From the sequence record SRR20825019_488: a stretch of 64,000 nt of DNA; one strand, given 5' to 3'. Within the stretch, counting starts at the first letter, position 1; each line of letters opens with the position of its first letter. Positions 1-12,147 of the stretch are shown piece by piece. The notes beneath the pieces were generated by a model. The model was not told where the DNA came from. It made no database searches and was given only the letters and a program-made list of their open reading frames with translations. A program made the translations under genes and the position numbers.

Positions 1-30
1 ACAGGGGTTCGAACCCCCTAGGGGACGCCA
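1..30 (+). tRNA. 3' end of tRNA-Glu (partial, cut by window start)
   Basis: ACAGGGGTTCGAACCCCCTAGGGGACGCCA gives a T-arm, acceptor strand and CCA like the proteobacterial tRNA-Glu 3' end; the anticodon lies outside the window. Confidence 0.85.
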
Positions 31-276
31 TTTTTTCAGCTTCTTTTTCTTTGCAGGTCCACCCTGCACTCCCACCTGATCAGTCCCGCATGCGCAGGCG
101 TTCAACGCCCCCGAACACTGCCCGCTCCCAAGACATTAACAAATCCTGAACAGTGACACATTTCTCCCGATTTTTCCTGTATTTGCGAGGCATTTGCAAG
201 AAACTGCTGCTATAGTCCTGAGAACACCGTCTGACCATGCTCATTGAAACCTGCCAGGGTGGCCGAAGTATAGGAC

Positions 277-2691
277 ATGCAAAAACTGTTGACTCGCCTG
301 CAACGATTTCGAACCGGGTCTCCCCTGTCCTTCAGGCTGCTCGCATACATCCTGTTGTTCAGCTCGTTGTTCACGCTCATCTCTTCAGCTATCCAGATAT
401 ACTCGGATTACCGGAAGGACCTGTCGCAGATCGACAGGCGCATGATGGTTGTCGAAACCGGCTATACCTCCAGTCTGGCCCGCAGCCTATGGGCGCTGGA
501 TCAGAAACTCCTACAGACCCAGCTCGAAGGCATACTCAGCCTGCCAGACATCGTTCACCTACGCCTCAAAATTGAACCGGATTCCGAACTGGTCATGGGC
601 GAAATCCCTCGCAACGCCCAGACAATCAGCCATACGTTCAAGCTCACCCACCAGGGTGATGAAATGTTCAGTTTGGGTCAGTTGACCATCACCGCCGATC
701 TGAAGCGGGTGTTCTCGGACATGCGCCAAAAAGTCGTAGTGGTGCTGACCACCCAGTTCCTGAAGACCTTTTTCGTTTCGATCCTGATCATCTGGATTTT
801 CCAGCACTTCATTGCGCGGCACCTGACCACCATGGCCAACTACGCCCGCAATTTCTCACTCAACAACCTGTCAGACCCGCTTGAACTGGACCGACCGGAC
901 ACCCAACTGAATCGAAATGACGAACTGGCCCAGGTCACCGTTGCCATCAACCAGATGCGGGAACGTCTCAACGATGACCTCGAGCGACAGGAGCGCGATG
1001 CCCAGGAAATCCGAAAGTTCTCCAAGGCGATTGAGCAAAGCCCGTCATCGGTGCTGATTTGTGATCGCCAGTGGCGTATCGAATACGCCAACCAGAAATT
1101 CAGCCAGCTCACCGGCTACGACGCTGCCACCATCGCCGGGAAACACCCGGGCGTGCTATCCGAGGATGCACAGGCCCATCGAGAAAACCGCCAACTGTGG
1201 CAATCCATCCGACTTCAGGTCCAACGCGTGGGGGTCTGGCAGGGGGAAATCAACAGCGTTCGCAAGAACGGTGAGCGCTTCTGGGAACAACTGATCGTAA
1301 CCCCCATCAAGAATTCCAAGGGCGAAGCCACCGGCTACCTGATTCTTGGCGAAGATATCAGCATTCGCAAGCGCTACGAGCAACAACTGCTCAGACAGGC
1401 TAACTACGACATCCTGACCGGGCTTCCCAACCGGATGCTCGCCCTGGATCGCCTGAAACTGGCCCTGGCCCAGGCAAGACGCGAAAGCTCCCTGGTTGGC
1501 GTGATGTTTCTCGACCTGGACAACTTCAAGCACATTAACGATACCCTTGGGCACGACGCCGGCGACAACCTCCTGATAGAGGCCGCACGACGGATTTCCA
1601 GCTGCCTTCGGGGTACCAGCACCGTCGCCAGGCTTGGTGGTGATGAGTTTCTGGTAATATTGCCCGGCCTGACGGGCCCCGAGGCGACGTCACAGGTGGC
1701 AGAGCGTATCCTCAAGACCTTTGCCCCTCCTTACCTGCTGAATGGCCAGGAAGTGTTCGTAACCACCAGTATCGGTATCTCCGTTTTCCCGAACGACTCC
1801 GATAACAGCGGCACCCTGCTTCAACACGCCGATGCCGCCATGTACCAGGCCAAACACAAGGGTAAAAGTGCCTATGCTCTCTTTGCTCCGGAAATGACGG
1901 AAGTCTCCCATGAACGGCTGCAGATGGAATCGCTGATGCGCCGGGCCCTGGAGCAAAAAGAGTTTGAGCTCTACTACCAGCCCATTGTTCGCACTGAGTC
2001 CGGACAACTGTGCTCTGCCGAAGCCCTGCTGCGCTGGAATAACCCCGGTATGGGTATGGTCATGCCCGACCGGTTTATACCCCTGGCGGAAGAAACCGGC
2101 CTGATAACGCCGATTGGTGAATGGGTGTTACGGGAAGCCTGCCTGGCGGCCATACGCTGGAAAGAGTCCACTGGTACGGACATCGGTATTTCAGTCAACG
2201 TATCTCCCAGGCAATTCAGGGATCCGGGCTTTGTCGACACCGTCATGAATGCTCTCAAAGCCAGCGGTTTGCCCCCCCAGCAACTGGAACTGGAAATCAC
2301 TGAGCGACTGATCCTTGATAACACCATAGAAACCGCCGATATCCTGCGGCAGCTCGATCAATCCGGCATTCGCCTGTCAGTTGATGACTTCGGTACCGGC
2401 TATTCGGCGCTCAGCTACCTCAAGAGCTACCCTTTCGATACTCTGAAAATCGACAAATCCTTTGTTCAGGACGTGATGAAGGAGCGGGAGGACGCCTCGC
2501 TGGTGAAGGCCATTATCAACATGGCCCACAGTCTTGGCTTGAGTGTAATTGCAGAAGGCGTGGAAGAAGAAGCCCAGACACACTTCCTGCAACAGGAAGG
2601 CTGTGACTATTCACAAGGCTATTTCTACAGCAGGCCGATGCCCGAAAACGAGTTTCAGGAGTGGCTAAAGACCAACCATCGCGCCCTTTGA
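277..2691 (+). CDS. Membrane sensor PAS-GGDEF-EAL diguanylate cyclase/phosphodiesterase
   Basis: Two hydrophobic segments, HAMP-like linker, PAS, ARLGGDEF, EALLRW and DDFGTGYS motifs. Confidence 0.93.
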   Translation: MQKLLTRLQRFRTGSPLSFRLLAYILLFSSLFTLISSAIQIYSDYRKDLSQIDRRMMVVETGYTSSLARSLWALDQKLLQTQLEGILSLPDIVHLRLKIEPDSELVMGEIPRNAQTISHTFKLTHQGDEMFSLGQLTITADLKRVFSDMRQKVVVVLTTQFLKTFFVSILIIWIFQHFIARHLTTMANYARNFSLNNLSDPLELDRPDTQLNRNDELAQVTVAINQMRERLNDDLERQERDAQEIRKFSKAIEQSPSSVLICDRQWRIEYANQKFSQLTGYDAATIAGKHPGVLSEDAQAHRENRQLWQSIRLQVQRVGVWQGEINSVRKNGERFWEQLIVTPIKNSKGEATGYLILGEDISIRKRYEQQLLRQANYDILTGLPNRMLALDRLKLALAQARRESSLVGVMFLDLDNFKHINDTLGHDAGDNLLIEAARRISSCLRGTSTVARLGGDEFLVILPGLTGPEATSQVAERILKTFAPPYLLNGQEVFVTTSIGISVFPNDSDNSGTLLQHADAAMYQAKHKGKSAYALFAPEMTEVSHERLQMESLMRRALEQKEFELYYQPIVRTESGQLCSAEALLRWNNPGMGMVMPDRFIPLAEETGLITPIGEWVLREACLAAIRWKESTGTDIGISVNVSPRQFRDPGFVDTVMNALKASGLPPQQLELEITERLILDNTIETADILRQLDQSGIRLSVDDFGTGYSALSYLKSYPFDTLKIDKSFVQDVMKEREDASLVKAIINMAHSLGLSVIAEGVEEEAQTHFLQQEGCDYSQGYFYSRPMPENEFQEWLKTNHRAL

Positions 2692-2734
2692 TGCAGCACC
2701 GACTGCCTGGCGCTGCCCCGACGGTCGGATCGTT

Positions 2735-4159
2735 TCAGCGTTTCTTGCTCTTCATTCGCGCTTTCTTCCGTACCGGCCGCCCTTTCTTCAGGTCATTGTC
2801 CTGTTTGACCTTCTGACGCGGCGTAAGCCGGCTAACCTTATTAGCGAACGGGTTTTCACTGGAACGGAACTCGAAGCGAATGGGAGAACCATTGACCTTC
2901 AGCACTTTACGGAAGGTATTCTCCAGATAGCGTTTGTAAGCCCCTGGCAACGCGTCAGTCTGATTTCCATGCACCACAATCACTGGAGGGTTGGACCCAC
3001 CCTGGTGGGCGTACCGCAGCTTTATTCGACGCCCCTGCACAAGCGGCGGCTGATGTTGGGCGGTAGCATCCTGGAGGATGGCCGTCAGGCGATTGGTCGG
3101 CCACTTGGCCATCGCTGACTCATAGCAGGCGTGAACCGAATCGTACATGACGCCCACACCGGAGCCGTGAAGGGCAGATATGTAGTGCTTGTCAGCATAA
3201 TCAAGAAAGTCCAGGCGGCGCTGAACCTGCTCTTTTACCTTGGCCCGGTCGTCCGGGTCCATGCCGTCCCATTTGTTGACCGCAATCACCAGGGAACGGC
3301 CGGCATCCAGAACAAAGCCAATCAGATGAAGATCCTGGTCCACCAGACCTTCCCGGGCGTCGATAACCAGGATGACCACATGGGCGTCGTCGATAGCCTG
3401 GAGGGTCTTGATGATGGAAAACTTCTCCACCACCTCACTGACATTCTTGCGCCGGCGCACACCGGCCGTATCGATCAGTGTGTACTGGTTATCCATGCGT
3501 TCAAACGGGATGTAAACGCTATCCCGGGTGGTGCCGGGCATGTCATAGACGATCACCCGGTCCTCTCCGAGCATGCGGTTGACCAATGTTGACTTGCCCA
3601 CGTTCGGTCGCCCGACAATACCAATGCGTATGCCCGGATAACGATCGGCACGGTCCTGTCCTTCACGCTCTTCCTCGGACGGCAGCAACTCTTCCAGCAT
3701 GGAGCGAATGCCCCGGTTGTGAGAGGCGGCAATCAGATAGGTGGACTCGAAGCCCAGGCCGTAGAAATCGGAAGCGGCGATGTCGGGGTCCTGGCCATCC
3801 GTCTTGTTGACCACCAGATGCGCCCGCTTGCCGGTTTTCCGAAGATGGGCAGCAATCAGTTCGTCGCCGCCATTGAGGCCGGCCTTGCCATCTACCAGAA
3901 ACAGGACAATGTCAGCTTCCTCGACAGCCTGCATGGACTGGCGGGCCATTTCAGCGTCCAGGCCTTCCTCACCCCCGGTCAGGCCACCGGTATCAATCAC
4001 GATAAAGCGCTGCCCTTCGTAATTGCCCTCACCGTATTTACGATCACGGGTTAAGCCGGGGAAATCCGCTACAAGCGCATCCCGGGACCGCGTCATTTGA
4101 TTAAACAGTGTCGATTTGCCCACGTTGGGGCGCCCGACAAGAGCAATTACAGGGGTCAT
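2735..4159 (-). CDS. der: Ribosome biogenesis GTPase Der (EngA)
   Basis: Two GRPNVGKS P-loops, DTGG/DTAG, NKxD, C-terminal KH-like domain. Confidence 0.98.
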   Translation of the reverse strand: MTPVIALVGRPNVGKSTLFNQMTRSRDALVADFPGLTRDRKYGEGNYEGQRFIVIDTGGLTGGEEGLDAEMARQSMQAVEEADIVLFLVDGKAGLNGGDELIAAHLRKTGKRAHLVVNKTDGQDPDIAASDFYGLGFESTYLIAASHNRGIRSMLEELLPSEEEREGQDRADRYPGIRIGIVGRPNVGKSTLVNRMLGEDRVIVYDMPGTTRDSVYIPFERMDNQYTLIDTAGVRRRKNVSEVVEKFSIIKTLQAIDDAHVVILVIDAREGLVDQDLHLIGFVLDAGRSLVIAVNKWDGMDPDDRAKVKEQVQRRLDFLDYADKHYISALHGSGVGVMYDSVHACYESAMAKWPTNRLTAILQDATAQHQPPLVQGRRIKLRYAHQGGSNPPVIVVHGNQTDALPGAYKRYLENTFRKVLKVNGSPIRFEFRSSENPFANKVSRLTPRQKVKQDNDLKKGRPVRKKARMKSKKR

Positions 4160-4221
4160 AGTCTTTCGCTACACATTAAACAGGGCCCGCGCTTCACAGC
4201 GATAGGGCCGGAAAGGAGCAC

Positions 4222-5394
4222 TCAGTCGAGCGTCCGGAGTTTCAATACCGACAGTTTACCGCTATTGCCATACACAAGAAGGTTACCGTTCTGCAGGCGC
4301 TGGAAAGGCACCCGCAGGCCCTCGTCGTCAAATTCAAGCTGACCCACCAGGCTGCCGTCTTCCAACGACAACATATGAATGTAGCCCTCGAAATCACCTA
4401 TCAACAGGTAATCCTCATAGACAACCGGCTGCGTTGGCTGCCGCCAGGATAACCGGTCCTGAACCCACAGCTCGCGACGGTCGGAACCGCGGTAGGCCGT
4501 GATATCGCCGTTGGCACCCGCGACAAAAATATTACCGTTGCCGATCATTGGTGACTGCAGGCTGGAGGCGGGACGACTCCAGATTTCCTGTCCGGTTTGC
4601 AGGTCAACCAGCGCAAGCTTGCCCTGATAGCCCACAATCATCGCTGCGCTCTCTAGAATCAGCGGCTCACCGGCCACATCAACAAGCCGTTCAAGCTCGG
4701 TACGGCCCTGCGGCTGGCCGACTTCATACTGCCAAACGGGCTGGCCGGTCTCAGTGGAGATCGCCATGAGCTTGCCGTTGGCCAGTGAAGCCAGCACAAG
4801 GTCTGCCCCGACAAGCGGCGACGCCGCTGCACGTATTGACAGGACCGGGACATCACTGTCGTATTGCCATGCCTGCTCCCCGGAGGCGGTATCAAACGCC
4901 AGCACCTTGCCATCAATGGTCTGTGTCACCACCAGGCGCCCGTTGGACTGGGGGGATGCCAACACTTCGTTGGGCAATGGCTGCCGCCAAAGCGCAGAAC
5001 CATCTTCGCGCGACAGGGCCATCAGCTCAGCATCACGGGTGACCAGGTACAGGTTTCCCTGATCGCCACCAACGCCGGCACTGATTTCCTCGTCAAGATC
5101 CCGGAACCAGAATACCTCGCCGTTTTCGGAGCCGACGGCATAAACCTCGCCATCGGCTGATGCCGCATACAAACGGTCTCCGGTGTTCAGAGGGGCGAGG
5201 TACAGGAAGTTGTCATCATGCCCGTCCCCAACACCCATACTCCAGACAGGCTCAAGCCCGACACTGGATGAAATCTCCGGAACCGGTGCAGGTTGCTCAA
5301 AGGTGTCGCTGGTACTACATCCTGCAAGGACAGCCAGTGTCAGCATACCCGCAAGCGAAAAGAGTCTGGTATGCCCGTTAACCAACCAGGGCAT
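4222..5394 (-). CDS. bamB: Outer-membrane protein assembly lipoprotein BamB
   Basis: Lipobox LAGC, PQQ-like beta-propeller repeats, GRTELERLVDV motif, position between yfgM and der. Confidence 0.95.
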   Translation of the reverse strand: MPWLVNGHTRLFSLAGMLTLAVLAGCSTSDTFEQPAPVPEISSSVGLEPVWSMGVGDGHDDNFLYLAPLNTGDRLYAASADGEVYAVGSENGEVFWFRDLDEEISAGVGGDQGNLYLVTRDAELMALSREDGSALWRQPLPNEVLASPQSNGRLVVTQTIDGKVLAFDTASGEQAWQYDSDVPVLSIRAAASPLVGADLVLASLANGKLMAISTETGQPVWQYEVGQPQGRTELERLVDVAGEPLILESAAMIVGYQGKLALVDLQTGQEIWSRPASSLQSPMIGNGNIFVAGANGDITAYRGSDRRELWVQDRLSWRQPTQPVVYEDYLLIGDFEGYIHMLSLEDGSLVGQLEFDDEGLRVPFQRLQNGNLLVYGNSGKLSVLKLRTLD

Positions 5395-6050
5395 CAGGCT
5401 CCCTCCTCAACACCAAGGTCGGATAGCTTGAGCTCAAGAATGCCGCTACGACCCTGCTGGTTCATTTCACGGGCCGCCAGATACGCTTCACGAGCCCCCT
5501 CACGATTACCCTGGGCTAGCAGGATATCGCCTTTAAGCTCGGTAAAAATAGCGCCGAAACTGCCGGTATTGTCCGTACCCTCAATGGTTGCCAAAGCCTC
5601 TTCGTACTGCTCCGCCGCGAACTGGGCGCGGGCCAGGCGGTTGCGAATAACCATTGCCAACGCTCCGCTTTCGCCGGCTTTTTCCTGCGCCCAGGTCAGG
5701 GACTCGATCGCCCCTTCCGGATCGCCCTGGTCCATAACCTGTTGGCGAGCAAGCATCAACATGCCATAAACAGCGAAGGCGCTGTCGCTGTATTCTTCTC
5801 GCAGGTTCTCGGCCACGTAGGCAACGGTATCTGCGCGATTTTCATCTGTCTCATCGCTATAGGCATTGATCAGCTCGGCAAACTGGGAAGCCGCTTCCGT
5901 ACGCTGCTGCATTTGATGGTTCTGCCAGGCCTGCCACCCGAAAACAATCGCCAGCGCCGCACCGACGCCAATCAGGAGCGAGCTGCCATTCTTCTTCCAC
6001 CAGTCCTTGATTGCCTGGACCGTTTCTTCCTCAGTACGCATTTCAGCCAT
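5394..6050 (-). CDS. yfgM: YfgM-family ancillary SecYEG/TPR protein
   Basis: N-terminal TEEE..IKDWWKKNG, single TM, ELKGDILLAQG; synteny hisS-yfgM-bamB. Confidence 0.92.
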   Translation of the reverse strand: MAEMRTEEETVQAIKDWWKKNGSSLLIGVGAALAIVFGWQAWQNHQMQQRTEAASQFAELINAYSDETDENRADTVAYVAENLREEYSDSAFAVYGMLMLARQQVMDQGDPEGAIESLTWAQEKAGESGALAMVIRNRLARAQFAAEQYEEALATIEGTDNTGSFGAIFTELKGDILLAQGNREGAREAYLAAREMNQQGRSGILELKLSDLGVEEGA

Positions 6051-6100
6051 GATGACTCCTGCAATAGATGATTATTATGCTGTAACTCGTCGGCGCGCCA

Positions 6101-7381
6101 TCAGCGGCCAAGCAATTCTTCAAGCGTCGCGGCCAGATCACCCTGAGCAACGTCTAGTTGCCCCTCGTCTGACCGTAACGGCTTAAGGCCGACCGTCCCG
6201 TTGGCAACCTCATTCTCACCCAGAATGACCGCGTAACGGGCGCCACTGCGATCAGCCTTTTTCATCTGACTCTTGAAACTGCCGCCGCCACAGTGCCCCA
6301 TAACCGTTACGCCCGGCAAAGCGTTGCGAAGGGATTCACCCAGCGCCAACGCGGGTGCCACGGTGGATTCACCCATAGCCGCAACATACACATCGACATT
6401 GCCATTGGCACTGTCTGGCACAAGGTTAAGCGTTTCCAGCAGCAGGATCAGTCGTTCGAGCCCCATGGCGAAACCGACCGCAACCGTGGGCTTGCCTCCC
6501 AATTGCTCCACCAGCCCATCATAGCGACCACCGGCGCATATCGTCCCCTGGGCACCCAGGCTGTCGGTAATCCACTCGAATACAGTTTTGCCATAATAGT
6601 CGAGCCCGCGAACCAGCTTTGGATTCACCGTATACTCAATGCCAGCCGCGTCCAGCAACGAGCGCAGTTGCCGAAAATGATCCCGAGACTCGTCGTCGAG
6701 GTAATCATCCAGACGAGGCGCGTCCACCAGAAGTCTCTGGGTATCCGGGTTCTTGCTGTCCAGAATGCGTAGCGGGTTCGAGCCAAGACGCCGTTGGCTG
6801 TCTTCGTCCAACTGCTCCCGGTAATCCGAGAGGTACGCGACCAGCGCCTCGCGGTATTCCCGACGGGCAGCAGACGTACCTATGGAATTGATTTCCAGGC
6901 GGGTGTGTTCACTCAGTCCTAGCGCGCGCCAGAGCCTGGCCGTCAACACGAGGAGCTCAGCATCAATATCCGGGCCGGTCATGCCAAAACATTCCACGCC
7001 GATCTGGTGGAACTGACGGTAACGGCCTTTTTGGGGGCGCTCATGACGAAACATGGGGCCGGTGTACCAAAGCCGGCGGGTCTGATTAAAAAGCAGACCG
7101 TGTTCTTCGGCGGCACGCACGCAGCCGGCCGTACCTTCGGGGCGCAGGGTCAGGCTGTCACCGTTGCGATCCTCAAAGGTGTACATCTCTTTCTCAACGA
7201 TATCTGTCACTTCGCCAATAGAGCGCTTGAACAGGTCAGTCTGCTCAACCACCGGCATGCGAATTTCCTGATAACCGTACTGGGAAAGCACTTTCCTGAC
7301 CGTGTCTTCCACAAACTGCCACACCGGCGTCTGCTCTGGCAGGATATCGTTCATCCCGCGGATTGCCTGGATCTTAGCCAA
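6101..7381 (-). CDS. hisS: Histidine--tRNA ligase (TTG start)
   Basis: [35 protein letters not shown] motifs. Confidence 0.98.
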   Translation of the reverse strand: MAKIQAIRGMNDILPEQTPVWQFVEDTVRKVLSQYGYQEIRMPVVEQTDLFKRSIGEVTDIVEKEMYTFEDRNGDSLTLRPEGTAGCVRAAEEHGLLFNQTRRLWYTGPMFRHERPQKGRYRQFHQIGVECFGMTGPDIDAELLVLTARLWRALGLSEHTRLEINSIGTSAARREYREALVAYLSDYREQLDEDSQRRLGSNPLRILDSKNPDTQRLLVDAPRLDDYLDDESRDHFRQLRSLLDAAGIEYTVNPKLVRGLDYYGKTVFEWITDSLGAQGTICAGGRYDGLVEQLGGKPTVAVGFAMGLERLILLLETLNLVPDSANGNVDVYVAAMGESTVAPALALGESLRNALPGVTVMGHCGGGSFKSQMKKADRSGARYAVILGENEVANGTVGLKPLRSDEGQLDVAQGDLAATLEELLGR

Positions 7382-7421
7382 GTTACTACCTTATCTGTGT
7401 CGGTGATTTGACGATCTGCTC

Positions 7422-8540
7422 TCAGTCGGCCGAGCGGGTAATGATCGCTTCTTCCTTTTCCTTGCGACGCGCCACTTCCTCACGGATCAGCCGTTCCAGG
7501 TCGTCGGTCAGGTTGGCATTGTCGAGCTTCTGATTAGGCTTGCCCGACGCGTAGAACAGGTTCTTGGGGCTGCCGCCGGTCAAGCCCAGGTCAGCAACCT
7601 TGGCCTCGCCCGGCCCGTTTACAATACAGCCAATGATGGCAACATCCAGGGACTCGTTGACGTCCTCCAGACGAGCCTCAAGGTCATTCATGGTCTGGAT
7701 GACATCGAAATTCTGGCGTGAGCAGCTTGGGCACGCGACGAAGTTGATACCCCGGCTGCGCAGGCGCAAGCTTTTGAGAATATCGTAGCCGACCTTGATT
7801 TCCTGCACCGGGTCTGCCGCGAGCGATACTCTGATGGTATCCCCAATGCCGTCCATCAGCAGCATGCCCAGGCCAACAGAGGACTTCACTGTCCCGGAGC
7901 GAAGGCCACCGGCCTCGGTAATGCCCAAATGCAGGGGTTGTTCTATCTGTGCAGCAATCTGACGATATGCCGCCACCGTCATGAAGACCTCTGAGGCCTT
8001 CAGGCTCACCTTGAAGTCCTGAAAATCATGACGGTCGAGAATGTCGATATGGCGCATGGCCGACTCAACCAGAGCCTCGGGTGTCGGTTCCCCGTACTTA
8101 CGCTGCAGTGCCTTTTCCAGCGAGCCTGCGTTGACGCCAATACGAATCGGGATATTGCCATCCCGCGCGGCGCTGATCACGGCGCTGACACGGTCATCCC
8201 GACCGATATTACCCGGGTTGATACGAAGACAATCAACACCCAGTTCCGCCACCCGCAGAGCAATTCGGTGATCGAAATGGATGTCAGCCACCAATGGTAC
8301 CGACACCATTGAGCGAATCTTGCCGAACGCTTCCGCAGCATCCATTGTAGGCACGGATACCCGCACAATGTCCGCTCCAGCCTCCTGCAGGGCGCGGATC
8401 TGGCCAACGGTTGCATCCACGTCACAGGTGTTGGTGTTGGTCATGCTCTGGACAGCAATAGGCGCATCGCCACCCACGGGAACATCGCCTACCATTATCT
8501 GGCGTGATTTGCGTCTTTTGATCGGAGATTCGTGATTCAT
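7422..8540 (-). CDS. ispG: HMBPP synthase IspG
   Basis: [28 protein letters not shown] and GCIVNGPGE; start taken at MNHES. Confidence 0.97.
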   Translation of the reverse strand: MNHESPIKRRKSRQIMVGDVPVGGDAPIAVQSMTNTNTCDVDATVGQIRALQEAGADIVRVSVPTMDAAEAFGKIRSMVSVPLVADIHFDHRIALRVAELGVDCLRINPGNIGRDDRVSAVISAARDGNIPIRIGVNAGSLEKALQRKYGEPTPEALVESAMRHIDILDRHDFQDFKVSLKASEVFMTVAAYRQIAAQIEQPLHLGITEAGGLRSGTVKSSVGLGMLLMDGIGDTIRVSLAADPVQEIKVGYDILKSLRLRSRGINFVACPSCSRQNFDVIQTMNDLEARLEDVNESLDVAIIGCIVNGPGEAKVADLGLTGGSPKNLFYASGKPNQKLDNANLTDDLERLIREEVARRKEKEEAIITRSAD

Positions 8541-8575
8541 ATAGCCTGCTAACCGCAAAAGAGGGTTCGAAACGT

Positions 8576-9634
8576 TCAGATATCCAGCGAGAATTCTGCT
8601 CGGTTGTTGACGACCCGATAACCGGAAAGGTCAATCGGTTGGCCATCAAATCTTATAGATTCGATGGCATCGACTGCGCCGACAACAACGTCGATGGGCA
8701 GCCTGCCTGATACATTAATCCTGTCACCATCCCGTTGCAGGGATCCCACCAGGCGATTGCCCGCCGAATCGGTTACCTGAACCCAGCACTCATCGCTGAA
8801 TGTCATTTCCAGGCGAGCGCTGCCGACGGCAGCCGTTGGCTGGGCGCTCTCCTGAAACGCTGGCTCCGGCTCACTGGTCACCACCGGAACCTGGCTCTCA
8901 TCAATCTCATCGACAGCAGGTTGCGCAGCCGGAGCGGAATCGTCTTCAACCGTCGGGGCCGGAGAGCCAGAGACCTGCTCATTCACCTGAGGGTCCTCAG
9001 GCAGCTCTGCCAACTCGCTATTGTCCTCAACGATCGACGCTTCATCAACCGGCGCGGATAGCCTATCGGCCTCTTCCTCGGTTCCAGGCTCGGCTAACTC
9101 GGTATCGACAGTGTCGTCCACCGACACCGTCTCTTCGGACGGTTCAGGCTGCGCGGGAGCAGCCGTTTCCGAGGACACAGCCGGTTCCGTCGTGTCGCCT
9201 GTTATACCGTCCAATTCGCCCATAAAGCGCAATGCGAGAAAGGCAATTACTGCTATGGCCAGCAGGAGAAGCAGAAACTTTGCAACGCGGCGCTTGCGAC
9301 GCCTGCGACGCTCGATATCAATCAGCGGATTCGCTTCTTCTGCCTGCACTTTTTGCTGTCGTAGCGGTTCGAGCTCCTCATCCAGCGTCGCGATCACCGC
9401 ATCCGGATCAAGGTCAACCTGTCGTGCGTAGGTTCTGACATAGCCTTTAAGGAACAGTTCACTGTCGATCTGTTCATAATGCCCGTCCTCTATCGCCTGT
9501 ATTATCGCCGGGCGAAGATGCTGGGCATCGGCCACGGCGGAAACACTGAGCCCCTTCTGCTCACGCGCACGTTTGAGCAACTGGCCCGTAGGCTCACTCA
9601 GGCCCGACGGTTGTTGTGCGTCATCACTGTCCAT
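8576..9634 (-). CDS. rodZ: Cytoskeleton protein RodZ
   Basis: N-terminal HTH ([10 protein letters not shown]), basic patch plus TM, acidic linker, C-terminal CWVQVTD domain; synteny. Confidence 0.93.
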   Translation of the reverse strand: MDSDDAQQPSGLSEPTGQLLKRAREQKGLSVSAVADAQHLRPAIIQAIEDGHYEQIDSELFLKGYVRTYARQVDLDPDAVIATLDEELEPLRQQKVQAEEANPLIDIERRRRRKRRVAKFLLLLLAIAVIAFLALRFMGELDGITGDTTEPAVSSETAAPAQPEPSEETVSVDDTVDTELAEPGTEEEADRLSAPVDEASIVEDNSELAELPEDPQVNEQVSGSPAPTVEDDSAPAAQPAVDEIDESQVPVVTSEPEPAFQESAQPTAAVGSARLEMTFSDECWVQVTDSAGNRLVGSLQRDGDRINVSGRLPIDVVVGAVDAIESIRFDGQPIDLSGYRVVNNRAEFSLDI

Positions 9635-10463
9635 TGGATGTCATCACCCTGTATTGTTGGTATTCGACAGAGTTTGGAAAATTGTTCTTCAGTTGGAGCG
9701 CAAGACTCGATTCCCGGTTCCTGTCGCCCTGATGCCGGGCAATGCGGATGCCGGTAAAAAGACTTTCAGGAGAATGGCGGAGATTCTGGTTCCGTTGCAT
9801 CAACGTCATCAGGCGGCCGTAGTGACGAGAGGCGGCCTGGAGCTCTCCGGATTCGACCAACGTCCGTGACAGCGCAAGCAGTGACTTTGCATCACCACGG
9901 GATAATTCAACGGCGCGCCGGTACGCCGTCGTGGCGCCCTCAAGGTTGCCAATTCTCTCTTCCGTCAATCCGAGGTTGAAAAACACGGATGCCCTGTCGT
10001 TGTAGGACGTATCCCTGGACGCGGCCAGAAACTGTTCACGGGAGTCCTCGAATCGGCCCGCACCGTACAGGAAGGCACCATAATAAACACGCCCGCGGGT
10101 ATAGCCCTGATCACTATCGAGTGACTCCCGGAACGACCGCTCAGCCAGTTCCGGTTCGCCCTCGGCGTTATAGATCAGCCCCATGGCTGCCAGCGCCCCG
10201 GGGTCATCGGGAGACAATTCTAGCGCTCGTTCAAGGTGATGCCGGGCTCTTTCGAGATTATTCTGGCCGATGTAGGCGGTACCCAACTGGACATAATTCC
10301 TGACGGCCTTGTCGCGATCTGCCTCGCGGGCAAACCGGCTATCGGTATTGGTCACACACCCTGCGACAAACATCGCCAGCAATACCACGACAAGCGCAGC
10401 TCGCATCCTTTTCACTGGAATAAATGTCACAGTCGGCAATTCCTCTTGAATTGGAAGGTGCAT
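9624..10463 (-). CDS. pilW: Type IV pilus biogenesis/stability TPR lipoprotein PilW/PilF (true start probably downstream, near MRAALVV)
   Basis: Lipobox VAGC, TPR repeats, position between rlmN and rodZ. Confidence 0.9.
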   Translation of the reverse strand: MHLPIQEELPTVTFIPVKRMRAALVVVLLAMFVAGCVTNTDSRFAREADRDKAVRNYVQLGTAYIGQNNLERARHHLERALELSPDDPGALAAMGLIYNAEGEPELAERSFRESLDSDQGYTRGRVYYGAFLYGAGRFEDSREQFLAASRDTSYNDRASVFFNLGLTEERIGNLEGATTAYRRAVELSRGDAKSLLALSRTLVESGELQAASRHYGRLMTLMQRNQNLRHSPESLFTGIRIARHQGDRNRESSLALQLKNNFPNSVEYQQYRVMTSNGQ

Positions 10464-10476
10464 ATCGGCACCGGGT

Positions 10477-11589
10477 TTACGGACTGACCTGCTGCACCTG
10501 GATATAACGCTGACTACGCTTGGTGCGGTCTTCCACCATCCCTACCAGCTGACCACAGGCTGCATCGATATCATCACCCCGAGTGGTTCTCACCGTGGCG
10601 ATAAAGCCGGCCTCGTTCAGGACTGCCTGGAAACGGCGGGTCGCGTTGTTACTGGGACGGCGAAAATCGCTCTCGGGAAACGGATTGAACGGAATCAGGT
10701 TAATCTTGCACGGCAGGCCGCGAAGAACAACAGCGAGTTCCCTGGCGTGCTCAGGCTGATCATTAACGCCTTCGATGACCGTGTACTCAATGGTTGCCTT
10801 CCGCTTGTCAGGCAGACGTGCAAGATAACGACGCGTCGCTGCCAGCAACTCCGCAATAGGGTACTTTTTATTCAACGGCACCAACTGGTTACGCAACTCA
10901 TCATTGGGCGCATGGAGCGAAATGGCCAGTGAAACATCGGTAACTTCACCCAATTTGTCCAGTGCCGGAACCACCCCAGAGGTGCTGACGGTGACACGTC
11001 GCTTGGAAATGCCGTACGCCAGGTCCTCCATCATCAGGTTCATGGCATCGACAACGTTGTCGAAGTTCAGCAACGGCTCACCCATCCCCATCATTACCAC
11101 ATTGGTAATCGGGCGGTCCGGGCCGGGTTCAAATGGCATGAACGCCTTACGCGCAACCCAGACCTGCCCGATGATTTCGGCAGCGGTAAGATTGCGGTTA
11201 AATCCACGCTTGCCCGTCGAACAAAACGTGCAATCGAGGCTGCAGCCAATCTGCGACGATACGCACAGCGTGCCGCGCTCGCCGTCAGGTATGAGCACGG
11301 TTTCAACACTGTTGCCGTTGTCCATGCGCATGACCCATTTGCGAGTACCGTCTTTGGAGGACTCGTCGTACACCACCTCCGGCCCACGAATTTCCGCAAC
11401 GGCCTTCAGCTTTTCCCGCAGCACCCGACTCATATTGGTCATTTGATCGAAGTCATCGGCCCCGCGCTGGTGAATCCATTGCAGCACCTGTGTTGCGCGG
11501 AAACGTTTCTCCCCCAGGGATTCAAAAAAGGCCTCCATTTTGGCCTTGGGCATTCCCAGAAGGTTGGTTTTCTCAGCAACAGCTGTCAT
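10477..11589 (-). CDS. rlmN: Dual-specificity rRNA/tRNA methyltransferase RlmN
   Basis: Radical [26 protein letters not shown]. Confidence 0.98.
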   Translation of the reverse strand: MTAVAEKTNLLGMPKAKMEAFFESLGEKRFRATQVLQWIHQRGADDFDQMTNMSRVLREKLKAVAEIRGPEVVYDESSKDGTRKWVMRMDNGNSVETVLIPDGERGTLCVSSQIGCSLDCTFCSTGKRGFNRNLTAAEIIGQVWVARKAFMPFEPGPDRPITNVVMMGMGEPLLNFDNVVDAMNLMMEDLAYGISKRRVTVSTSGVVPALDKLGEVTDVSLAISLHAPNDELRNQLVPLNKKYPIAELLAATRRYLARLPDKRKATIEYTVIEGVNDQPEHARELAVVLRGLPCKINLIPFNPFPESDFRRPSNNATRRFQAVLNEAGFIATVRTTRGDDIDAACGQLVGMVEDRTKRSQRYIQVQQVSP

Positions 11590-11651
11590 TTCATAACCTC
11601 AATCAAATAACCAATACGGGCCGGACGTATGTCCGGCCCGATACAGCCTGA

Positions 11652-12080
11652 TCAGCCGCGCGGGCAGATCTCACTATCATTAAAGAAATACGCAATTTCG
11701 CGCTCAGCTGACGCGGCGGAATCTGAACCATGAACAGCGTTTGCGTCAATTGAAGATGCAAAGTCGGCACGAATGGTGCCTGCTTCCGCTTCCTTGGGGT
11801 TGGTTGCTCCCATCAGGTCACGATTCTTCAGGATAGCACCATTGCCTTCCAGAACCTGAACAACCACAGGGCCGGAGGTCATGAACGCAACCAGATCATT
11901 GAAAAACGGGCGCTCCTTGTGCTCGGCGTAGAACCCTTCTGCCTGCTCCTGGGTCAGGTGCATCATTTTCGCAGCGACGATGGTCAGGTCCGCTTTTTCG
12001 AAGCGTGTGTAGATTTCGCCGATCACATTTTTTGCGACTGCATCGGGCTTGATAATCGAGAGCGTGCGCTCATTTGACAT
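11652..12080 (-). CDS. ndk: Nucleoside diphosphate kinase
   Basis: [20 protein letters not shown]. Confidence 0.98.
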   Translation of the reverse strand: MSNERTLSIIKPDAVAKNVIGEIYTRFEKADLTIVAAKMMHLTQEQAEGFYAEHKERPFFNDLVAFMTSGPVVVQVLEGNGAILKNRDLMGATNPKEAEAGTIRADFASSIDANAVHGSDSAASAEREIAYFFNDSEICPRG

Positions 12081-12147
12081 GATCTATCTCCATTCAGGTT
12101 CAGAAAAATTTCAGGGTTGGGATTATACGCAGTCCGGAGGCAACTGC

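Noticed and set aside
1-276. tRNA-Glu 3' end as an island integration site
   Set aside because: No integrase follows, no duplicated tRNA end was noticed, and the next gene looks host-like.
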